64,000 bases of DNA, from NCBI GenBank assembly GCA_963790305.1, contig CAWBOC010000005.1, positions 800,001 through 864,000 on the forward strand. Direction: 5' to 3'. This DNA comes from an uncultured Gemmatimonadaceae bacterium (lineage in GTDB: Bacteria; Gemmatimonadota; Gemmatimonadetes; Gemmatimonadales; Gemmatimonadaceae). Below are positions 58,262-64,000 of the stretch, piece by piece (the stretch's first letter is position 1; every line of letters begins with the position of its first letter). Below the pieces are notes generated by a model, which was given only the letters and a program-made list of their open reading frames with translations, was not told where the DNA came from and searched no databases. Position numbers and translations under genes: made by a program.

Positions 58262-59577
58262 TTTGCGCCGGCCGACGCCTCCTTCGCCTTTTTTTCCTCT
58301 TCCTCCACTTCCTCCGGCAGCACCGCCATGTCGTCACCGACCACGCCTTCGACGTACAGCATCTTCACCGGCACCATGATGGCGCAGAGCAAGGGGACCG
58401 CCACCATGAGCCCGAGGAAGCCGAACAGCAGCGCCATGAGCGCTTGCGAGACGACGGTGAGCGCTGGCGGAATGTTGACGCCGCCCTTCATGAGAAGCGG
58501 GATCAGCAGGTGATTCTCGAGGAACTGGATCGCGCCATACGCGATGGCGACCGCCAGCGCCTTGTCGGGCGAATCGAGGAAGCCCATCGCCACGGCGGGG
58601 ATCGCGCTGAGCAGGGGTCCGATCGTCGGCACGAACTCGAGCAGACCGGCGAGCGCGCCTAACGCGAACGCCGCCTTCACGTCCAGCGCCAGCAGGATGA
58701 TCGTCGTGATCGTGCCGATGACCAGCATCGCGATGAGCTGCGTCACCAGCCACTTGCGCAGCACCGTCGCCATCGCGCTCAGGACCTCCCCCGCTCGTTT
58801 GCGGGCATGATGCGGAAAGAGGTGCATCAGCCCGCCGTGATACACGTCCGGCTCGGCGGCAATGTAAATGGCGAGGAAGATGATGAGGATGATGCCGGCG
58901 AAGACGGCGAAGGTCGACGTGAGGAATGGGAAGAGGTATTTCGCCACTCCGCTCACCTGCCTGCCGAGGCGATCGCTGAGCGGACCGTCCGGCCGCTGTG
59001 CGGCCGTTGCGGCTGCCGTGTCTCCCCGGGCTGTCTGGGGCGCGGCGGGTTGCTGCGCGGGCCGAACCACCGTGCTCGAGTCGAAAACGATAACGACGGT
59101 GTCCGGGCGTGCTCCGGTCGCTGCACCGGTGGGGGCCGTCTGAGGCGCCTGCGCGACCTCGGTCCCGCCGAGGATGAGTCCGAACATCCCTCGGCGCCGA
59201 TCGTTGAACCACTCTTCGACCTTGTCGATCGCCTGCGGCAGCCGGGTGCGTAGCTCGCGCGCCTGCTCGCGCAACGTGGGCGCCATCCACGCACCGAGAC
59301 CGAACAGGAGTGCGAAGAACGAGACGACGATGAGCGCCGCTGCTACCCCGCGCGGGATGCGGAAACGCTGAAGCCGGTCCACGCCGCCCTCGACGGCCAG
59401 GCCGAACAACACGCCCAGGAAGACGGTGAGAATCAACGGGTGGGCGAACCAGACGAGCTTGAGGAAGACCCAAAGCCCGGCGAGCAGCACACCGGCGCGC
59501 AGAATGTCGCGGCTCTGCCAGCCGGGAACGCGCCGGCGACGCTCCGGTGCAAGCCCTTCGTCGGTCTTCTGGGTCAT
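58258..59577 (-). CDS. AI-2E family transporter with low-complexity insertion
   Basis: EFVPTIGP, QFLENHLLIP, GFLGLMVAVP. Confidence 0.88.
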   Translation of the reverse strand: MTQKTDEGLAPERRRRVPGWQSRDILRAGVLLAGLWVFLKLVWFAHPLILTVFLGVLFGLAVEGGVDRLQRFRIPRGVAAALIVVSFFALLFGLGAWMAPTLREQARELRTRLPQAIDKVEEWFNDRRRGMFGLILGGTEVAQAPQTAPTGAATGARPDTVVIVFDSSTVVRPAQQPAAPQTARGDTAAATAAQRPDGPLSDRLGRQVSGVAKYLFPFLTSTFAVFAGIILIIFLAIYIAAEPDVYHGGLMHLFPHHARKRAGEVLSAMATVLRKWLVTQLIAMLVIGTITTIILLALDVKAAFALGALAGLLEFVPTIGPLLSAIPAVAMGFLDSPDKALAVAIAYGAIQFLENHLLIPLLMKGGVNIPPALTVVSQALMALLFGFLGLMVAVPLLCAIMVPVKMLYVEGVVGDDMAVLPEEVEEEEKKAKEASAGAK

Positions 59578-59611
59578 CTCGATTCGCTCAGGGGAAGGGT
59601 GATGCGGCGCA

Positions 59612-59953
59612 TCATCGCGCGCGGAAGTACCAGTAGGCCACGACGTCCTTGGCGATCGGCAGGTCGATGTGTGGCTCCTCCGGGGCGTCGGGCAGCGTGT
59701 CCAGGAGCATCGGCACGAGGCGCAGGGCGTCGCGCTCGCGACGCATCCGCTCCTCGCGCGGGATGCCTCCCTTCGCTACCGATTGAAGCCGCTCCATCCA
59801 CCGCCGCACCTCTCTTTCCACATGTGGCAGCTCATCCGCCGGTATGTCTCGCCAGCGGGCCACCGGCACGCCGTCGATGACGATCGTCCCGTCCCCCCGC
59901 GCCACCGTGCGAGGATTGAGTGCCTGGTCGTGCACGGGATGATCATGATTCAC
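59612..59953 (-). CDS. Hypothetical protein
   Basis: Fills the gap, co-oriented, plausible composition; start uncertain. Confidence 0.5.
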   Translation of the reverse strand: MNHDHPVHDQALNPRTVARGDGTIVIDGVPVARWRDIPADELPHVEREVRRWMERLQSVAKGGIPREERMRRERDALRLVPMLLDTLPDAPEEPHIDLPIAKDVVAYWYFRAR

Positions 59954-60019
59954 GCCGGCGGTCGCGCAAGAGACGCGCCCCTTCACTCGCGCAGGCGGCC
60001 CGGCGATACTTCGCGGGTC

Positions 60020-61195
60020 ATGGCTCCGGAATCAACACGCCAGAAGGCCCCTGCAAGGCGAGAGGGCTCCCACCAGCCACTCTGGATCGACAGTCCGGAG
60101 CAGCTCGACCGATTCCTGGAATCGGTCGCGAGCGTTCGCGAGATCGCGATCGACACCGAGGGCGCCAGCTTCCACCGCTTCGTCGATCGCATCTACCTGC
60201 TTCAGCTGTCGACCCGCGACGCCACCGCGGTCGTAGATCCGCTGGCGGTCGGACGGCCCGAACGGCTCGGAGCGCTGCTCGAAGATCAACGCATCGAGAA
60301 GGTCCTGCACGATGCCGATTACGACCTGCGCCTCCTGCACCAGGACTACGGCTGGAACACGCGCAACATCTTCGACACGCGGATTGCGGCGCAGCTCCTC
60401 GGGCTCACCGCGTTTGGGCTCGCCGCGTTGCTCGACAAATACTTCGGCGTGCGGCTCGACAAGAAGCACCAGCGCGCGGACTGGTCGATGCGCCCGCTCA
60501 CGCAGGGCATGCTCGACTACGCGGCGCAGGACACGATGTATCTGCTGGAGCTGCGCGATCGAATGCGCGAAGGGCTGGAGCGCGCCGGTCGTTGGGACTG
60601 GGCGCTCGAAGAGTTCCAGCGCCTCGAGGGATTGCGATGGGAGGATGAGGAGGCTGGCGCAGCGTTTTTTCGGGTGAAGGGCGCGCGCGACCTGTCACGT
60701 CGGGAGCTGGCTCGACTCCGCGAGCTCGTGCAATGGCGCGACGCCGTGGCCGCGGAGATGGATCGCGCGACGTTCCGCGTGGCGGGCAACGAGGTCCTCC
60801 TCGAGGCCGCTCGCCGCGCGCCTCGCACGGTTCCCGAGCTCCTCGAGATCAAGGGAGTTCCGCGCGCGCTCGCCGAGCGACGCGGGCGCGAGCTGCTCGA
60901 CGCGATCAAGCGTGGCGACGCGGTACGAGACGCGGACCTTCCGAAATTCCCGCGCGGGCAGCGTTGGGAGCGCGACGCCGACTTCGAGGAGAACGTGTCC
61001 CGACTCAAACGGGTTCGGGATGACGTCGCGAAGCGGCTTTCGATCGATCCCGGGTTCATGTGCTCGCGCGATCGCCTCGAAGCAATCGTGCGCCGCAAGC
61101 CGCAGACGGTTGCGGATCTGGCCGACATCAAGGATTTGCGGCGATGGCAGGTGGGGGTGCTTGGCGGGGAGTTCATCGAGGCGATGAAGCGTTAG
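60020..61195 (+). CDS. rnd: Ribonuclease D
   Basis: IDTE, LLQLS, FDTRIAA, DWSMRPL, YAAQD; HRDC domains. Confidence 0.92.
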   Translation: MAPESTRQKAPARREGSHQPLWIDSPEQLDRFLESVASVREIAIDTEGASFHRFVDRIYLLQLSTRDATAVVDPLAVGRPERLGALLEDQRIEKVLHDADYDLRLLHQDYGWNTRNIFDTRIAAQLLGLTAFGLAALLDKYFGVRLDKKHQRADWSMRPLTQGMLDYAAQDTMYLLELRDRMREGLERAGRWDWALEEFQRLEGLRWEDEEAGAAFFRVKGARDLSRRELARLRELVQWRDAVAAEMDRATFRVAGNEVLLEAARRAPRTVPELLEIKGVPRALAERRGRELLDAIKRGDAVRDADLPKFPRGQRWERDADFEENVSRLKRVRDDVAKRLSIDPGFMCSRDRLEAIVRRKPQTVADLADIKDLRRWQVGVLGGEFIEAMKR

Positions 61196-61197
61196 AA

Positions 61198-61338
61198 GGG
61201 GGGTCAGGAGTCAGGAGTCAGGGGTCAGGGAAGGAAAGGGGCCGCCGCGCTTCGCGCAGGCGGCCCTCATCAAATGAGCGCCGCGGCGAAGCCGCGGCGC
61301 TTTCCTTCCCTGACCCCTGACCCCTGACTCCTGACCCC
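61198..61338. repeat. Family A element with a different core, between convergent genes
   Basis: ggggtcaggagtcaggagtcaggggtcagggaaggaaag...ctttccttccctgacccctgacccctgactcctgacccc. Confidence 0.88.
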
Positions 61339-61340
61339 TT

Positions 61341-61679
61341 TCAAATTCCGAGATAGGCTCGAATCCTCGGCTCAATCCGATCCGGCGTCCAGAACGGCGT
61401 CCACACCAGATTCACCTGCACGTCCTCGACACCGGGGACTGAACGAACCGCCTCTTCCGCGCCGGTCATGATCTCGGGCCCAGACGGACAGCCGGGCGAC
61501 GTCAGGCTCATGTCGATGTTGACCTTGGAGCCGTCGACGCGAACGCCGTAGACCAGACCCAGGTCGACGATGTTCAGGTTGAGCTCCGGATCCTTCACGC
61601 GTCGGAGCGCCATTTTCACTTGCTCTTCGTTCAGCGGCTCGGTGGCGCCGCTCTCGGTCGTCGTCGCGATGTCGGTCAT
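61341..61679 (-). CDS. sufT: DUF59 Fe-S assembly factor (SufT/PaaD-like)
   Basis: DPELNLNIVDLGLVY, LTSPGCP, WTP. Confidence 0.88.
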   Translation of the reverse strand: MTDIATTTESGATEPLNEEQVKMALRRVKDPELNLNIVDLGLVYGVRVDGSKVNIDMSLTSPGCPSGPEIMTGAEEAVRSVPGVEDVQVNLVWTPFWTPDRIEPRIRAYLGI

Positions 61680-61849
61680 TTGCGCTCCTGGTACCGTCAC
61701 TTCAACATCACCGATTGCCCCCGGCCGAACAACCCGTCCAAAAAAAACCGAGCGGCCAGCTTGCGCCGGACCGCCCGTAACCGCCGTCGAACCCGTCAGG
61801 GAGCGAGCAAGCGGATCCGTAGTCCGCGCTCACGCGCGGACTCTGAAGC

Positions 61850-63175
61850 CTATGAGCCTGGCTTTGCCGCCGGCTTCTTGGCCGGCGCCTTGACGACCTT
61901 CTTCGTCGTCACGCGGCGTGCGCCGCGGCGGTTCTTCGACGACTTCGAGCGCTGCACGCGCGTCGGGCGATTCCATCCCGAGGCCTTGTCGGCGCGGAAC
62001 GCGCGCGGCATCGCGAGCACATGCTGCGGATCGTCCGTGACCGAGAGCGCCGCGAGGTCCGACACGTCGGCGCGAACATCCGAGATCACCTTCGCCGGAC
62101 GGCGCGCCCGCGCCGCGTGCACGCGGTTCGTGAAGAGCACGACGAACATCTCGCGGTCGGGATCGATCCAGAGTGAGGTGCCCGTGTAGCCGGTGTGGCC
62201 GTACGAGCTGCCGCTCAGGTAGCTGCCCGAGCCGCCGTCGCCGTCAGCCGTGTCCCAGCCTAACGCACGGGTGCCGGCGGTGCGACGCGTGAACAGCGCG
62301 ATCGTCGAGTCGGACACGATGCGCACGCCGTTGTACTCGCCGCCATTGAGCATCATCTGCGCGAAGACGGAGATGTCGCTGGCGGTGGAGAACAGCCCGG
62401 CGTGGCCGGCGATTCCACCCAGCGCGTAGGCGTTCTCGTCCGCCACCTCACCGCGCAGCGGATAGCCGCGAGGCGGGTTGACATCGGTCGGGGCAATGCG
62501 CGCGCGCAGCGAGTCGGACGGCCGGAAGAACGTCGACATCATGCCGAGCGGCTCGAACACGCGCTCGCGGAGGAAGCGGTCGAGTCCCACGCCGCTGATG
62601 TTCTCGACGACCATGCCAAGCAGCACCATGCCCAGATCCGAGTACTCGAAGCACACGCCCGGGCGGCACTGGAGCGTCGCGTCGACGACGCCGAGTCGCG
62701 CTTCCTGCGGATTCGTCGCGAGCTTCCAGAGATCGCGACTGGCCGGGAGTCCCGAGCGATGCGTGAGCAGCTGGCGGATCGTGATCGAGTCCTTCCAGCC
62801 GCCGGTGAAGGCAGGGAGATACTCGACCACCCGCGCGTCGAGCGAGACGCGACCTTCGTCATACAGGATCATCAGCGCGGTGGTCGTCCCGATGACCTTC
62901 GTCAGCGACGCGAGATCGTAGATCGTCGCGTCCGGGTCCACGCGCGAGGCATCCTTCGTCCAGCCCAAACGGCCGTAGCCCTTCGAGAACACCGCGGCCC
63001 CGCGGCGCCCAATGATCACCGAGGCCCCCGGGAACCCGCCGGCGCGAATGCCGCGACCCACCACGCGATCGATCGCCGCAAGGCGTTTGGCGGACATGCC
63101 TACGGCCGCCGGATGCTTTCCGGGAAGGCCGTCGCCAAAGCCGAACGTGATTGCCGCGAGCAGGGAAACCAGCAC
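61850..63175 (-). CDS. Serine hydrolase, beta-lactamase/class C family, with Lys-rich tail
   Basis: ASLTK (SxxK), LLTH, YSD, GHTG. Confidence 0.9.
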   Translation of the reverse strand: MLVSLLAAITFGFGDGLPGKHPAAVGMSAKRLAAIDRVVGRGIRAGGFPGASVIIGRRGAAVFSKGYGRLGWTKDASRVDPDATIYDLASLTKVIGTTTALMILYDEGRVSLDARVVEYLPAFTGGWKDSITIRQLLTHRSGLPASRDLWKLATNPQEARLGVVDATLQCRPGVCFEYSDLGMVLLGMVVENISGVGLDRFLRERVFEPLGMMSTFFRPSDSLRARIAPTDVNPPRGYPLRGEVADENAYALGGIAGHAGLFSTASDISVFAQMMLNGGEYNGVRIVSDSTIALFTRRTAGTRALGWDTADGDGGSGSYLSGSSYGHTGYTGTSLWIDPDREMFVVLFTNRVHAARARRPAKVISDVRADVSDLAALSVTDDPQHVLAMPRAFRADKASGWNRPTRVQRSKSSKNRRGARRVTTKKVVKAPAKKPAAKPGS

Positions 63176-63516
63176 GTCGTGGCTCCGTAGGTTACGGGAC
63201 TCGAGCGGTTCTTGGCGGCCCTGTCAGAAAAGCCGCCATCTGCTTGATCTCACGTGAGATACAAGCGAAGCCCGCCTTATGTTCCGGGCGGGCACTCCAT
63301 GGGCGAACCGAATGACCGAAGGGAAGCCGGTGCACTTGCTCCAACCCGCTGCAGCCGGCTCATTTGAGAGACGAGTGACCTATGTTGCGGTCACCCCGCA
63401 ACATGCCACAGAATGAACGGCCGTTCCCCCCCTCCAGCCCCACCAAATCCGTTCGTCGCACAAAAAAGGCAACCCTCATACCAAGTCCTCGTGACTCATC
63501 CCGCAGAGAAGACGGC

Positions 63517-64000
63517 ATGGAATCGGATCAGCTGCTGATCAGGCGCGCCATCGATGGCGACGAGCGGGCATTGCGACAGCTGTGGTCGCAGTATGCGCCG
63601 CGAATCGACGCGGTCGTCAAACGGCTCGCCGGAGATCCGGATCTCGCCGCGGACATCGCGCAGGATGTGTGGATTCAGATCTTCCGGGCACTGAAGACCT
63701 ACCGTGGTGATGCCCAGTTCGGCACATGGGCCCACCGCATCGCCGTCAACCGAACACTCAATGCGCTGCGCAAGGTGCGGCGCCTGGCGAAAGTGGAAAT
63801 GGATATCGAGGAGGACAGCGTGTCGGTCGAGATGGATTCGGACCGGTCGTTCGTCGCCGCCTCGATCGAGGAGGCGGCGCGCAAGCTCCCGGATGGGGCG
63901 CGCACGGTATTCCTGCTGCACGACGTCGAGGGATACACCCACGAGGACATCGCGCGCGAGCTCGGGATCACCCCCGGCGCGTCGAAGTCCCAACTGTTCA
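63517..64000 (+). CDS. ECF sigma-70 factor (3' end beyond window)
   Basis: MESDQLLIRRAIDGDERA...DIAQDVWI...FGTWAHRIAVN...VEGYTHEDIARELG; open to the window end so absent from the ORF track. Confidence 0.92.
   Translation, partial: MESDQLLIRRAIDGDERALRQLWSQYAPRIDAVVKRLAGDPDLAADIAQDVWIQIFRALKTYRGDAQFGTWAHRIAVNRTLNALRKVRRLAKVEMDIEEDSVSVEMDSDRSFVAASIEEAARKLPDGARTVFLLHDVEGYTHEDIARELGITPGASKSQLF

Noticed and set aside
11240..61338. CRISPR array
   Set aside because: The repeats are dispersed palindromes of 7-9-mers, not regularly spaced direct repeats with unique spacers, and no cas genes are present.
61850..63175. Antibiotic-resistance beta-lactamase
   Set aside because: The motifs only place it in the broad serine-hydrolase family; an esterase or peptidoglycan-related role is at least as likely.

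Overview
A GC-rich bacterial chromosomal segment. The gene content suggests Gemmatimonadota, but this is an inference. About nine single-base indels split otherwise intact genes and look like long-read errors. Contents in order: mscL; a general-stress block (yciF, DUF421) with sigma54-like promoters; a cyanophycin operon (cphA, a truncated cphA paralog, cyanophycinase); a diguanylate cyclase; pruA; nfo; lepB; an OsmC-family gene whose catalytic Cys codon is an in-frame UGA followed by a SECIS-like hairpin (probable selenoprotein); a complete Tad/Flp pilus locus ending in a membrane-anchored, catalytically dead JAB/MPN protein; two ABC modules; the suf Fe-S operon with an IscR-like operator; a split transketolase; rnd; sufT; and a partial ECF sigma factor. 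Many intergenic gaps hold palindromic elements built from tandem 7-mers or 9-mers (about 20 copies in at least 6 families). No rRNA, tRNA, CRISPR array, transposase or prophage was recognised. Best leads: the CphA paralog that keeps only the hydrolytic N-domain motif, the Sec-OsmC, the Tad-linked pseudo-JAB protein and the palindromic repeat families.
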